Assembly: GCA_048882325.1 (NCBI GenBank) | Contig: JBHLRS010000004.1 | Location: forward strand, 70,425-134,424 | From: Candidatus Thorarchaeota archaeon | GTDB lineage: Archaea > Asgardarchaeota > Thorarchaeia > Thorarchaeales > Thorarchaeaceae | DNA length: 64,000 bases | Direction: 5' to 3' | Shown here: positions 9,409 through 20,044 of the stretch, piece by piece | How positions within the stretch are numbered: the first letter of the stretch is position 1 | Layout of the letters: each line of letters starts with the position of its first letter | The notes under the pieces: model-generated | Database searches by the model: none | Told to the model about the DNA's origin: nothing | Seen by the model: only the letters and a program-made list of their open reading frames with translations | Position numbers and translations under genes: made by a program

Positions 9409-10711
9409 TTCGCAAACGAGCGATGAAGAAACCACTTGAGTTGTGTTTGTGTGGGAACAGTCTTGTGACTTTGTTTGAGCATTCAAATCCTCCATATCCT
9501 CGATTTCCAAAACTTGGAGGGTCCAATAACTCAATACTGTGATGCTTCATTGCTGAGTCGATCTGCGTTTCGCCCTCATGAGGTAGAATTGAACAAGTAG
9601 AGTAAACAATCTCTGTTTCAGGGCGATCTGCATAATTCGTGAGTATGCCTTCGAGTATCTTATTCTGAACGGTCATTAGGGCAAACAGCGTTTCCTTTTT
9701 CAAACGCCATTTGAAAGAAGGGTAGGACTGTAGAATACCAGTTGACGTGCAAGGAGCGTCAATCAAAATCTTATCAGCATCATGGACTTCAGGTTTTGAA
9801 GCATCAGAATGAATCCATTCAATTTGTTGAGCATTAAGTAGCTTGGACCGTTCGATAGCCACTTTAACGCGATCCAAATAGACATCACTTGCCACAATTT
9901 GGCCAATTCCGTCCAGTTTCTCTAATATGAGTTGAGTCTTCATTCCAGGAGCTGCACAGGCATCCCATATTTTCTCTCCCGGTTGTGGATTTAGAATATC
10001 AACTGTGATTACACTGGCTTTGTCTTGGATAAGGATGCGACCATCCTTGAATTGTTGAGACCCCACAACAGACTCAACTCCCTCGACAACTCTATATATC
10101 TCAGGTACATCAGGGTCGCTTTCAGTTGTTAGACCTTCTATTGATGCAAGGATTTCATCGTAATCTTCATGAAGTTTATTGGGTCTGACATAGTAGATTC
10201 GTTTCCCGTTGTTTGCTTTCATCAACTCTATTGCATCATCTTGCTGCATATTGTCAAGTAGAGTCTTCACTAAAAATGTTGGATGTGAATAATCCAAGCT
10301 AAGTCTATTGACTACTGGCATTTTCTTTGTTATGTTAGATAGATTATATGCTGTCGCAAGCCTGAATTCCTTTTGATAGTGTGAATCTATTCTCGGATAG
10401 TTTGATATTGTTTCATCAGAATCAGTTTCGAGCCACTTGACCTCATACAGAGCCAAACGAAGCATGTTCCTGTCACGTGGACCAAGACGAGTAAGTTTCC
10501 TTTTTCCCAACGATCGGGTAAGAATAAAGTCGATACTATTTCTGAACCGGACAACAGAGAGAGATAATGAATGGGTGTGAAACTGTGATACAAGCGAGTC
10601 TGCTGAGGTGGTCTGCATCTCACGCAAGATTGTCTTCATTGAAGTAGCAGACTTTTCATACGTTACAAGTGCATTGATGGCCTCAGTTCGAGCAGATTGT
10701 TCATGTTTCAT
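9398..10711 (-). CDS. RsmB/NOP2-family RNA cytosine-C5 methyltransferase with NusB-like N-terminus
   Basis: QDKAS, DACAAPGMKT, DAPCTSTG, YSTCS and GFFIA motifs; both catalytic Cys present. Confidence 0.92.
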   Translation of the reverse strand: MKHEQSARTEAINALVTYEKSATSMKTILREMQTTSADSLVSQFHTHSLSLSVVRFRNSIDFILTRSLGKRKLTRLGPRDRNMLRLALYEVKWLETDSDETISNYPRIDSHYQKEFRLATAYNLSNITKKMPVVNRLSLDYSHPTFLVKTLLDNMQQDDAIELMKANNGKRIYYVRPNKLHEDYDEILASIEGLTTESDPDVPEIYRVVEGVESVVGSQQFKDGRILIQDKASVITVDILNPQPGEKIWDACAAPGMKTQLILEKLDGIGQIVASDVYLDRVKVAIERSKLLNAQQIEWIHSDASKPEVHDADKILIDAPCTSTGILQSYPSFKWRLKKETLFALMTVQNKILEGILTNYADRPETEIVYSTCSILPHEGETQIDSAMKHHSIELLDPPSFGNRGYGGFECSNKVTRLFPHKHNSSGFFIARLRIKH

Positions 10712-10739
10712 GACACTGTGTCTGAAGCTATATTACTGT

Positions 10740-12782
10740 TCAATCTTGTTGTCTGTTTTTTATCGGAGGCATAACATTGGCATACCCATCCATGACAATT
10801 ACACCATCTGCATTGAAGACATCAAACCTAAGTCGACACAGGTTGTTCTCTGGGATTTTTTCAGTCACCTCAACAACTGCTCTGATTTCATCGCCAGGAT
10901 AGACTGGTGCTTTGAAGTTTACCTTCATATTGAACGCTAGTGTTCCCAAACCTGGAAGTTGCGTTCCAATAACACGTGCAACTAGTGCACCTCCAATTGG
11001 ACCATGAGCAATACGTTTTCCGAAAATAGTTGTAGCTGCATACTCATCATCCACGTGAAGTGCGTTATAGTCACCAGACATCTGAGCGTATAGATCAATA
11101 TGCTCGTCTGTTACTAACATTGTTGATTCTGCTATCTCGCCGACCTCTATTTCATCCAAACTCTTGCCTAGTTTAAACTTGGATTCTTTTTCTGTTCTTT
11201 TGGTTTCAATAGGAGCCTCATCGGTCTTTTTGGTACCTTGAAGAATCTCTGGAGTAAATCTGAACATTCTCGCGAATTTCATCAATAACTCCATGTCATC
11301 TGTGTCAATAACGACTTTCTCAGTCATCATGGCTTGCATGGCATCAAGTTTCCCTAGCAAGATATTTCGCCATGTTGCTGAGTCTGTCTTCACAGTCATC
11401 TCTGGAGTATCTGTGTCACCCTTCTCAATGGAACACTTCTGATCGTTGATCTTCAACAACCACGAATCAGTGTCATCAAAGTAGAATCGAATAACAGCGG
11501 ATACACCTTCTGCGCGTTCAGGTCGAAATCCATTTGGAATGCTGGACATCATGGCATCGAAATCAATGGCATCCATGTCAGGCAAGACTTGGAAAGAGCT
11601 ATCACGTTTACTTTCGATATAGACCTCTCTCTGGATTAAGAATCGCAAAATCTCCGAGGTACCGCCCCCGATTGTACCCAATCTTGCGTCACGGTAGAAC
11701 TTTTCAAGTGGGTAGAAGTCCTTGACATATCCCGCCCCTCCACAGACCTGAATCGCCATGTCACAGACTTCTACCGAAACTTCAGTTGCGTAGAGCTTAG
11801 CAATCGTAGCTTCCTTTGTACATGGAAGGTCATTTTGAATCATCCGTGCAGCAGAAATCAGAAGAAGTCTTGCATTGCGCATTTTCACAGCCATATCAGC
11901 AATCTTGAACGAAACTCCTTCAAATCGAGAGATGGGTTGACCAAACTGTTCCCGTTCTTGTGAATAGTTAACAGCAATCTCATATGGAGTCCTCATACAA
12001 CCCAATGCCTCTGCAGCAATTCCAACTCGCTCTGAGTCCAATTCATTCATCAAGATTAGGAATCCCTGATTCTGCTTTCCGAGAAGATTCTCCTTTGGAA
12101 CCTTTAGATTGTTCAGTCTGAAATGTGTCACGCGAACACCATCGCGACCCATCAGATTGAAGTCTTTCTCAACCTTAAAACCGTCCCAAGAGGTCTCGAT
12201 TATAAATGCAGACATGCCACTCTTACTGTCCACATGAGGATTAGTTATCGCAAACACTACAATCTGATCTGCAATACTACCATTTGTGATGTAACGCTTT
12301 TCACCATTGAGCACCCAACACTCTTCTTTTTCATCCCACTTTGCATTGGTGACCATTCCAGCTGTGTCGCTGCCAACTTTAGGTTCGGTGATGGCAAGAG
12401 CACCAATTTTCTCCCCCCGAGCCAGCGGTACTAGATACTTCTCCTTCTGTTCCTCTGTCCCATAACGAAGAATCGGAATTGCTGAGAGTGTGCAGCTCGC
12501 TCCAAACATCATAGTTGCTGAAGGACAGATTGCAGAAATCTCCTCTCCTGCAATCAGCTGATACATAAATGGTTTCTCTGATCCTCCGTACATTTTAGGT
12601 ATCAAGAGACCTGAGAGACCGAAATCTCCTAGTTTTTTGAAATACCTGCGATGATTGAAATCAGGGCTGGTAATACTGTTCACAAGTGGCGTAATTTCCT
12701 TTTCAGCCCATTCTCTAACCCTCGAGCGAAATTCGAGCTCATCTTTTGTGTATAACAACATGTCATCATTCATTTGAGTCAT
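10740..12782 (-). CDS. Acyl-CoA dehydrogenase - SCP2 - MaoC (R)-hydratase fusion
   Basis: ACAD: ITEPKVGSD, GEKRYITNG, REQFGQPI, GGAGY, IGGGTSEI. SCP2: FRPERAEG...GKLDAMQAMMTEKV. MaoC: SGDYNALH, IAHG, FKAPVYPGD. Confidence 0.9.
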   Translation of the reverse strand: MTQMNDDMLLYTKDELEFRSRVREWAEKEITPLVNSITSPDFNHRRYFKKLGDFGLSGLLIPKMYGGSEKPFMYQLIAGEEISAICPSATMMFGASCTLSAIPILRYGTEEQKEKYLVPLARGEKIGALAITEPKVGSDTAGMVTNAKWDEKEECWVLNGEKRYITNGSIADQIVVFAITNPHVDSKSGMSAFIIETSWDGFKVEKDFNLMGRDGVRVTHFRLNNLKVPKENLLGKQNQGFLILMNELDSERVGIAAEALGCMRTPYEIAVNYSQEREQFGQPISRFEGVSFKIADMAVKMRNARLLLISAARMIQNDLPCTKEATIAKLYATEVSVEVCDMAIQVCGGAGYVKDFYPLEKFYRDARLGTIGGGTSEILRFLIQREVYIESKRDSSFQVLPDMDAIDFDAMMSSIPNGFRPERAEGVSAVIRFYFDDTDSWLLKINDQKCSIEKGDTDTPEMTVKTDSATWRNILLGKLDAMQAMMTEKVVIDTDDMELLMKFARMFRFTPEILQGTKKTDEAPIETKRTEKESKFKLGKSLDEIEVGEIAESTMLVTDEHIDLYAQMSGDYNALHVDDEYAATTIFGKRIAHGPIGGALVARVIGTQLPGLGTLAFNMKVNFKAPVYPGDEIRAVVEVTEKIPENNLCRLRFDVFNADGVIVMDGYANVMPPIKNRQQD

Positions 12783-12908
12783 ATATCAGCACCAAATTTC
12801 GATTCAATCGATTAGACAACCGCACGCAGTTTAGAAGCTCTTAAATCTCCTCTCATCGCCGACCTATCCTCACCAGATTAATCTAAGAAGAGGAGACAAG
12901 GATTTCGT

Positions 12909-14567
12909 ATGCGTTTCTTTGGTCATCTCATAAAGGGTGAGAAGTCAGAACCAGTATCAGGACAGACAAGCTTCTTCCCAAACATGAACAAAGCAATCGG
13001 AGATCCTAGACTGCTTTACGCGATGGCACTTAGAGAACAAGGATCACTAAGTAGATTTGCAGCTAGGTATTTTTCAGGACAAATGCCTGAAAAGGCACCA
13101 GAAATAAGATTGCTGAAGGACTATATCAAGGTCCATGGATATCCACAAGCGTCAGATGATGAAATTCAGGAGATAATGTTTGCCGGGTACGCAATTGGTG
13201 GACCCAAAGAAGCAGCGATTGCATGTGAGGAGGCTCATGCAATCCGTCGTTTCATGCATAAGGAGTACTATGAGAAAGGGGAGGGTCTAACCCTTAAAGA
13301 ACGTGCTGAGAGTCTGATCAAAGTTGGGGAAGTGCTTTGGAAACACTATGATGATTTCAAGGAGATTGGTATAGCAGAGGGAACCCCTGTCAAATTGTTT
13401 GATTGGCAGACAACAGGTGTGTTTAAGACTCTATACAAAGAGCACATTGACTTTGCAAGTTCTAGGATAGAATCCAGAGAGATTCCTAGCTCGACAGAAG
13501 GAGAACGCACCATTCTGAGCCGCTATCCGTTTGGCGCTGTAGGACTCTTTCCACCATACAACGCAGCAATCGGTTTAGGGGGGATGGCTATCATTTCAAG
13601 CTATTGGGCTGGGAACGCGACAGTAACTAGAACGCCATCAAAGATGCCCTTGACCAACATGGAGCTGGCGTATGTCTTAACTGAAGCAATGAATGATCTA
13701 GATTTCCCGAAGAGTGCTTTTCAGTCAGTCATCGGTCCTGCTCGAAGCATTGCTCATTATATGGTAAATGAGTCACCTTTGAATGCAATGGTGTACTATG
13801 GTGATTCTAACATAGGTCTTGAACTGATGTCACAAGCTGTACAAAGAGGGCTCCATTTCGTACCTGAACTTGCAGGGAGTGGTGCAAGCCTTGTTTGGAA
13901 AGATGTAGACATAGACAGAGTGACAGATTATGTGAACCATGCACGATTCTTTGGCTCAGGTCAAATCTGTCTAGCTGCTAAGAGACTCTTTCTACATGAA
14001 GCAATCTACAATGATTTCATGGAAGTGCTCGTTGAGAAAAGCCAGAAACTGAAGGTTGGTTTCCCAGAAGATCCAAACACTGATTTACCCATTATTGGTG
14101 CTCGTGCACTCTATCAAAACATCGATATGATTCGTGAAGCAGTCGGTAAAGGTGCTAGGTTAGAAACTGGTGGCTATCGCTTAAATGCTCAAGGTGAACG
14201 CGATAAAGCAGGTCTGTTTCTTAAGCCAACAATTCTGAGTGATGTTCCACTCGATTGCAAGATGTGGTACCATGAAACCTTTGGTCCAGTGCTACCAGTC
14301 ATGAAGGTGAGCTCATTTGAACAGGCGATCAACCAAGCAAACAACTCACCGTATGGATTAAGGACATCAGTCTACAGCGACGATCCTGAAATCTGGCAAC
14401 GCTTCTTTGACGAGATTGAAGCCCCGGGAATAGCAGTTAACACGGATCATCTACACTTTGATGACTACTATCCACATTTAGGTGGATTGAAAATGAGTGG
14501 TCTCTTTGGTGGAAAATACTTCTATGAAGTCCTGACATACTTGAAGTATATGCATCTCCCTTCATAA
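12909..14567 (+). CDS. Aldehyde dehydrogenase family protein with N-terminal extension
   Basis: PYN, catalytic Glu (PELAGS), catalytic Cys (SGQICLA), ETFGPV, YGL and GGLKMSG. Confidence 0.9.
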   Translation: MRFFGHLIKGEKSEPVSGQTSFFPNMNKAIGDPRLLYAMALREQGSLSRFAARYFSGQMPEKAPEIRLLKDYIKVHGYPQASDDEIQEIMFAGYAIGGPKEAAIACEEAHAIRRFMHKEYYEKGEGLTLKERAESLIKVGEVLWKHYDDFKEIGIAEGTPVKLFDWQTTGVFKTLYKEHIDFASSRIESREIPSSTEGERTILSRYPFGAVGLFPPYNAAIGLGGMAIISSYWAGNATVTRTPSKMPLTNMELAYVLTEAMNDLDFPKSAFQSVIGPARSIAHYMVNESPLNAMVYYGDSNIGLELMSQAVQRGLHFVPELAGSGASLVWKDVDIDRVTDYVNHARFFGSGQICLAAKRLFLHEAIYNDFMEVLVEKSQKLKVGFPEDPNTDLPIIGARALYQNIDMIREAVGKGARLETGGYRLNAQGERDKAGLFLKPTILSDVPLDCKMWYHETFGPVLPVMKVSSFEQAINQANNSPYGLRTSVYSDDPEIWQRFFDEIEAPGIAVNTDHLHFDDYYPHLGGLKMSGLFGGKYFYEVLTYLKYMHLPS

Positions 14568-15047
14568 GATGCGTTCATACAGCTGAACAGACATGTCTTT
14601 AGCTTGTTCATATGGTTCACCCCATGGGCGAAAACCATACTTCTTCATGAGCTTCTCTCCTACCTCCTGACCAACAAGAATATTGCAATAGTTACGAACA
14701 CACCCATGAGCACGTCCATACTCAGCAAATTGAATATACATAGCTGACGCGAGACCCGAACCCCTACATTCTGGGAGCACAGTTTGATGCTCTCCAAACA
14801 GACCCTTCTCCGTGATTTGTGCTTTGTATAGCCCAACAATCTTGCCTTTGAATCGGCTACCAAAGTAATGATAGCCATTCCTCATATCTGCAACAACCTG
14901 CTCAGGTGTGTAGATACGTTTCTTCCGCCAATGTTCCGGATACTCGAGAGCGAGCGGCCAGACTTCTTTGAAGAGTTCTGAAATCTCCATCGCATCTTTC
15001 TCTTCAAATTCAACTATACGAATCTCTTCTGGCAAGAATTTATCCAA
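14562..15047 (-). CDS. GNAT-family acetyltransferase
   Basis: VLPECRGSGLAS motif A and KYGF. Confidence 0.85.
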   Translation of the reverse strand: MDKFLPEEIRIVEFEEKDAMEISELFKEVWPLALEYPEHWRKKRIYTPEQVVADMRNGYHYFGSRFKGKIVGLYKAQITEKGLFGEHQTVLPECRGSGLASAMYIQFAEYGRAHGCVRNYCNILVGQEVGEKLMKKYGFRPWGEPYEQAKDMSVQLYERIL

Positions 15048-15097
15048 TTTTATCAGGACCTACAAATCTGGTTGGTGTTATAATTCCTGAGGTTTAT

Positions 15098-16219
15098 CTA
15101 GTTCGTGCTAGTCTGAGCTGCCCAATCGTATGCTTCTTGTTCTGGTGTACAACCACCGCAATGATGGCAACCAGCAGTTGTCTTCTCAGGGTTGATCCCA
15201 TTTCTGAATAGAATCAAACCAACTTTTTTGTAAAACTCAACGGATTCTTCGAGGTTGTCAACATAAGTTGGGACATACTGTGCTAGCTGACTACCAAAAG
15301 CTGGACGGACTGGGGCGACGATTGGAAGAACTCCAATAGATGCCAGTTCCTCTACTACTTGGAGTGTTTGCTCACTGTCTTCTCCTAATCCTTGAAGAAC
15401 GTACGTACTAACATTACCACGGTCAAAGTGTTCTAGAGCGATTTTGAACCGCTCCCGATAGAAATCTAATGAGCCATAATCATATTTGCCTGGAACCATC
15501 TTTTTTCGAACTGATTCATCAGTACTTTCAATGTGCATACCTATGGCATTTGCTCCTGCTTTAGCCACCTCTGATATCAGCTGATGATCAACCGGAGGTT
15601 CAAACTGGACTCCAACGGGAATATCAGTCGAGTCACGTATGGCCCGGATTATCTTAATGAGTAGGGCACTTCCCATATCAGGTGAATCAGTGGTTCCTGT
15701 AGTCAACAGAACATCATCGATTGCACCTTCACGCTGGGCAGCCAGCACAACCTCAACTATCTGTTCAGGGGTCTTCTCCAGTACCGTATTGCCTGATGTG
15801 TAAGAATGAGGTATCGTGCAGAATTTACATTGTGAACCTTGGTCCCAATATTTGCAACCTTGATATACGGTAGTAGCTAGCGTACGAGAACCGTGTAAGA
15901 GAGCTATGCTGGAGTAAGGAATACCATCAGCAGTTGAATAATCATAGAACTTAGGTTTTGGAACTAATTTCAGTTCAACAGAGCCATCGTATAGCCATAT
16001 TTTTGGATCATTGGTTTCCTCAAGTTGCGCAGAATGATAGCGTTCTGCCATGGTTCCCTGTCTGATCGGTACGCCACACGGACGTCCATTGGGTAGAAAG
16101 AAATACATTGCACCAACGGGTCCTGCACCTCCCTTTCTTCCGCTGAACTTGTCTTCTGGTAGGACAGCCCCCTCTGTAAGAAGTCTAACCTTGAGTCGGA
16201 GCAGTTCATCAACATCCAT
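15098..16219 (-). CDS. Radical SAM protein, MSMEG_0568 (Nit1C-cluster)-like
   Basis: RKGGAGP, IALLHG..LATTV.Q.Cx8CxxC, KTPEQI.EV and C-terminal AGCxxCGxC. Confidence 0.8.
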   Translation of the reverse strand: MDVDELLRLKVRLLTEGAVLPEDKFSGRKGGAGPVGAMYFFLPNGRPCGVPIRQGTMAERYHSAQLEETNDPKIWLYDGSVELKLVPKPKFYDYSTADGIPYSSIALLHGSRTLATTVYQGCKYWDQGSQCKFCTIPHSYTSGNTVLEKTPEQIVEVVLAAQREGAIDDVLLTTGTTDSPDMGSALLIKIIRAIRDSTDIPVGVQFEPPVDHQLISEVAKAGANAIGMHIESTDESVRKKMVPGKYDYGSLDFYRERFKIALEHFDRGNVSTYVLQGLGEDSEQTLQVVEELASIGVLPIVAPVRPAFGSQLAQYVPTYVDNLEESVEFYKKVGLILFRNGINPEKTTAGCHHCGGCTPEQEAYDWAAQTSTN

Positions 16220-16248
16220 TCTAAGTCCTCAGGCCGTACAAATGACAC

Positions 16249-17373
16249 CTAATCTATCTTATTATACCTGCCAGAAATCACTCTGATAATAAACTCTGGT
16301 ATATCAAACACCTCAATACCAGAATCTGATTGGGAGGATAGTATATTCTTACAGAAAGGGCATGAGGTCACGAGATAACGGGCACCAACATTTTTCGCAT
16401 GCTGAATCCTTTCTGCGCCAATTACCTTCGCATGCTCTGGGAACAGTGTTCGGAGTCCAGCGCCATTGCCACAACACATTGCATTCTCCCTGTTTCGCTC
16501 CATTTCAACTATACTTGATCCGGTTACCTTTTCGATTATTTCTCGTGGTGCATCGTATATGCCTGAATGCCTTCCAAGATGACAGGGATCGTGATATGTG
16601 ACTTTACCCTCTATTCCGCCTTGTGGCAGCCTGTCTATGGATTCTCGAAGGAACTCGCTGATATGGTGTACAGGCTTGTTAAGCTTTGTATCAGTCTGAA
16701 GATAGTCATTTGTTAACGCGCGATAACACCCAGGGCATGTAGTTAAGATGGATACAGCATCACTTCGATTCAAGACCTCAATATTGTGCCTTGCAGCCAT
16801 TAAGCCAAGGTCATGATCTCCTGTTCTGAATAGTGGACTACCGCAACACCACTCATCTGCAGATAGTTCTACAGTGTAGCCAAGTTGTTCTAGAAGAAGC
16901 ACAGTGTTTTGAGCGATGTCCTTTTCTCGGTAGGCTGCTGTACAGCCTGTGAAGTAAAGGATCTTTGTTCCTTTCGAATTCCTAATTGTAATCTCTTCAT
17001 TACGAGTCAGCTGGTCTTCCCCGAAAGGATTGTGCGTTTCCTTAATGAGTTGAGCAATTCTGGCAACGCCTTCAGGTTGATGGTTTGCTTTCACAAGTTC
17101 TCGTCGTTTTTCTTCAACAAGTGTAGCTATGTCAATCTCTGGTTTGCACCATGTGAGGCAGTGACTACATTCGAGACACTGATACAATACCTCTACGCCT
17201 CGTGCATCGATCTCGCGTGTACCAGTGATTTCTTGATGAAGCAGAAGAGCACGACCATGAGGAGTAGGTGCATCTGACTTCCAAGCAAAGAATGTCGGAC
17301 AAACATGTCGACACATCTTGGGGCATGCTGCACACATTCTCACTTGCTCTGCAATTGTGTCTGAATCTAACAC
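16249..17373 (-). CDS. Fe-S/CCG-domain oxidoreductase subunit (GlcF/GlpC/HdrD-like)
   Basis: CAACPKMCRHVCP, CLECSHCLTWC and two CCG domains (CCG; YHDPCHLGR; CCG; CPFC). Confidence 0.9.
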   Translation of the reverse strand: MLDSDTIAEQVRMCAACPKMCRHVCPTFFAWKSDAPTPHGRALLLHQEITGTREIDARGVEVLYQCLECSHCLTWCKPEIDIATLVEEKRRELVKANHQPEGVARIAQLIKETHNPFGEDQLTRNEEITIRNSKGTKILYFTGCTAAYREKDIAQNTVLLLEQLGYTVELSADEWCCGSPLFRTGDHDLGLMAARHNIEVLNRSDAVSILTTCPGCYRALTNDYLQTDTKLNKPVHHISEFLRESIDRLPQGGIEGKVTYHDPCHLGRHSGIYDAPREIIEKVTGSSIVEMERNRENAMCCGNGAGLRTLFPEHAKVIGAERIQHAKNVGARYLVTSCPFCKNILSSQSDSGIEVFDIPEFIIRVISGRYNKID

Positions 17374-18797
17374 GAACGCACCCCCAATCCCAACTTTCCA
17401 GGATTCAGTATCCCATTTGGATCCAGTGCCTCTTTGAATTTCTTCAGAACACTGAAACTTGAGCCTAATTCATCTTCCGTATAACTGCTCCGAGTGAGTC
17501 CGACACCGTGTTGATGGCTCATAACCCCGCCTGCTTTGTGGCAGGCAGCCACACCAACATCCCAGATTCTTCTGTATGTTACCCACGCTGTTTCCGCGTC
17601 AGGTTGCGCTGTGAAGAAAATCATGTAAATGCTGCCACCGTTCTGATACATGTGCGAGAAATGAGACATGACTACCGCATCTTCAGCCTCCATTGCTTCT
17701 TTCATAGCTCTGTATACATTCTCGAGCTTGTCATATGTTGCGACAATGTCAATAGTGTCACCTATGGAATATCCACTAGTGGTGAGTCGAGTCGGATAGT
17801 ACATATCGTATCGATGTTCCCACCATCGTTTTGATGGGCCCTCTCCTTGGTCAACACCTCCTTCCTCTAGGCAGATTCGTACTGCATCTTGTTCATCAAT
17901 CTCTAACTTTTTCGGCTTGCCATCAAAAGCCAGTAGGAGAATGCAATGACCTTGCTCAAATTCGAAATGAGTTGAAAAGCTCAATGCTGCATCTTCAGGA
18001 TCGTAGAGTCGAACAACTGATGGAATAATTCCCGTTCTGAATATCTTACGAATTGTTTCAAGTCCACTATGGACATCGGGAAAGCTAACACTACGAAAGC
18101 GACGTTCTTCGGGAATGAGAAATAGCTTCAATGTAGCTTCAGTGATAACACCGAGAGTCCCCTCAGAGCCAATAAAGAGCTGACGAAGGTCGGGGCCAAC
18201 AGAATGTCTTGGTACATCTTTAGTTTTGATGATTGAGCCATCAGCAAGAACCACTTTTAGTCCAAGAGCCATGTCTTCGATTTTTCCGTACAGAGATGAC
18301 ATTGACCCGCCGGATCTAGTTGCTAGGAATCCACCAATGTTTGATGCACGAAGTGATGTAGGAGTATGACCTGTAGTATACCCGTGACGATTGACTGCTT
18401 CTTCTAAATCTATACCGACCACTCCAGCTTGTACCCTCACCAACATTGATTCATGATCAATCTCATAGATCTTATCAAGTCGCTTCAAGTCGAGCTGAAT
18501 TCCTCCATAGATGGGGAGGGTTCCTCCACTGGTTCCTGCACCACCTCCAACGGGTGTAACAGGAATCTTCAACTCGTTTGCTACAGTCAATACTTTGGAG
18601 ACCTCTTCAGTACTTCCAGGAAATACAATCATATCTGCAAGAGGAAGCATTTCACCTGCTCGAATCTTGGCTTCACTAAGAGGCCATGCATCATGAGCAT
18701 TCAGGATTCTATCAGTTTCCTGCATAGTGATATGGTCGTGACCTACAACCTTAGTAATTTGCTCAAAGGCCTTCTTCTTCGATTTATCATTCAGCAT
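17367..18797 (-). CDS. FAD-binding oxidoreductase, alkyl-dihydroxyacetonephosphate synthase-like (VAO/PCMH family)
   Basis: GHTPTS...IGGFLATRSGG..S..YGKIED, PR.SVGPD, GSEGTLGVIT, HFSH.Y..G.SIY and HQHGVG resemble AGPS more than GlcD. Confidence 0.8.
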   Translation of the reverse strand: MLNDKSKKKAFEQITKVVGHDHITMQETDRILNAHDAWPLSEAKIRAGEMLPLADMIVFPGSTEEVSKVLTVANELKIPVTPVGGGAGTSGGTLPIYGGIQLDLKRLDKIYEIDHESMLVRVQAGVVGIDLEEAVNRHGYTTGHTPTSLRASNIGGFLATRSGGSMSSLYGKIEDMALGLKVVLADGSIIKTKDVPRHSVGPDLRQLFIGSEGTLGVITEATLKLFLIPEERRFRSVSFPDVHSGLETIRKIFRTGIIPSVVRLYDPEDAALSFSTHFEFEQGHCILLLAFDGKPKKLEIDEQDAVRICLEEGGVDQGEGPSKRWWEHRYDMYYPTRLTTSGYSIGDTIDIVATYDKLENVYRAMKEAMEAEDAVVMSHFSHMYQNGGSIYMIFFTAQPDAETAWVTYRRIWDVGVAACHKAGGVMSHQHGVGLTRSSYTEDELGSSFSVLKKFKEALDPNGILNPGKLGLGVRSC

Positions 18798-18804
18798 TTA
18801 CAGT

Positions 18805-20043
18805 TCACTCCTTTTTGGGGAGTCTCTGAGCAATGAACACTGTTAGGTCGTCAACCTCAACAGAACTGCCTGTTCTGAAGAGGTTACTCTCAATTTGTGC
18901 TGTACAGAGTGGACAAGGTGTCACGACTCGATCAGCACCTGTTCTCTTTATGGCTTCTAGATTCTCTCTCACCACAGCATCAGCAACGTCGTCAGAATGG
19001 TACGAGACCATTCCACCACCTCCGCAGCAAGAGTCATGGGCATCTGATTCAGCTACACTCACACCTGGAATCTGATGCAGGATTTCAATGGCATAATCGG
19101 AGATCTGACGGGAGGTGTGTCGGATAAGATGACACGGGTCGTGTACAGACACATGAACGGTAGAATATTCTGAACTGTCTTCCATAGAGGCACGTAGTTT
19201 CTCTAGACCAATATCCTCAACCAGAAACTCAAGGATGTGAACTGCAGATATACCCCAATCCTGTTGATAAGAGATGTCGGACAGACTCGAAGTACATCCA
19301 GCACAGGTTGTGACAATCTTCGTGACTCCTGAATCTTTGACTTTCTTCCTGAGCTCACTTGTCAGGTGGAGGTCTGTTTCATGATCACCAATGAGTCTAG
19401 ATGGTAATCCACAACAGGACATCTCCTCGAGAAGAGTATAGTTCACCTCAAAGTGTTCCAAGATCACCTTTGCCGCCTCACGAACCTCTTGAGCGCGTTC
19501 CTCTGCCTGGCAACCAGGGTAAAACAAAACCTCTGCATTATCTGAAACCTTGTCCTCGACATAGGGTAGACCTAGACGCTCAAGCCGCATATCTCGACTT
19601 TCGTTCTTCTCTTCCCTATCCTCCCAGGGAACAAATGCAAGTCTGTGTTCGGTGAGAGACTCTCTCACGATATGGAAACCCTTGGGAACCAAATCAGGGC
19701 GGTGGTCAAAGATTCTTGCGCGAATTAAGTTGACAACCTCAGGAATATCCACATTCTTCGGACATACCTCACGGCAAGTGCCACACCCAGTGCAAAGATA
19801 CACTTTGTCTGCGGCAGCCCAAAATTCAGGAGGGGACCTGCTTAGTTCAACAGCAATGCTTCTCGGGCCACTAAAGCGATCAACTCCGACTGCCGCGACG
19901 ACCGGACAATGATTGAGACAAAGACCACAATTGATGCACCGCTCTACTGACTTCACTGCTTCAAACTCGTGTGAATGATAGGGGGTTATTTTCTCCTCTC
20001 GAAGAGTGTTTTTAGCATATTCATAGGCCTCATCTTCATTCAC
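18805..20043 (-). CDS. glpC: Anaerobic glycerol-3-phosphate dehydrogenase subunit C-like Fe-S/CCG protein
   Basis: Two 4Fe-4S motifs plus two CCG domains, directly downstream of glpAB. Confidence 0.75.
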   Translation of the reverse strand: MNEDEAYEYAKNTLREEKITPYHSHEFEAVKSVERCINCGLCLNHCPVVAAVGVDRFSGPRSIAVELSRSPPEFWAAADKVYLCTGCGTCREVCPKNVDIPEVVNLIRARIFDHRPDLVPKGFHIVRESLTEHRLAFVPWEDREEKNESRDMRLERLGLPYVEDKVSDNAEVLFYPGCQAEERAQEVREAAKVILEHFEVNYTLLEEMSCCGLPSRLIGDHETDLHLTSELRKKVKDSGVTKIVTTCAGCTSSLSDISYQQDWGISAVHILEFLVEDIGLEKLRASMEDSSEYSTVHVSVHDPCHLIRHTSRQISDYAIEILHQIPGVSVAESDAHDSCCGGGGMVSYHSDDVADAVVRENLEAIKRTGADRVVTPCPLCTAQIESNLFRTGSSVEVDDLTVFIAQRLPKKE

Positions 20044-20044
20044 A

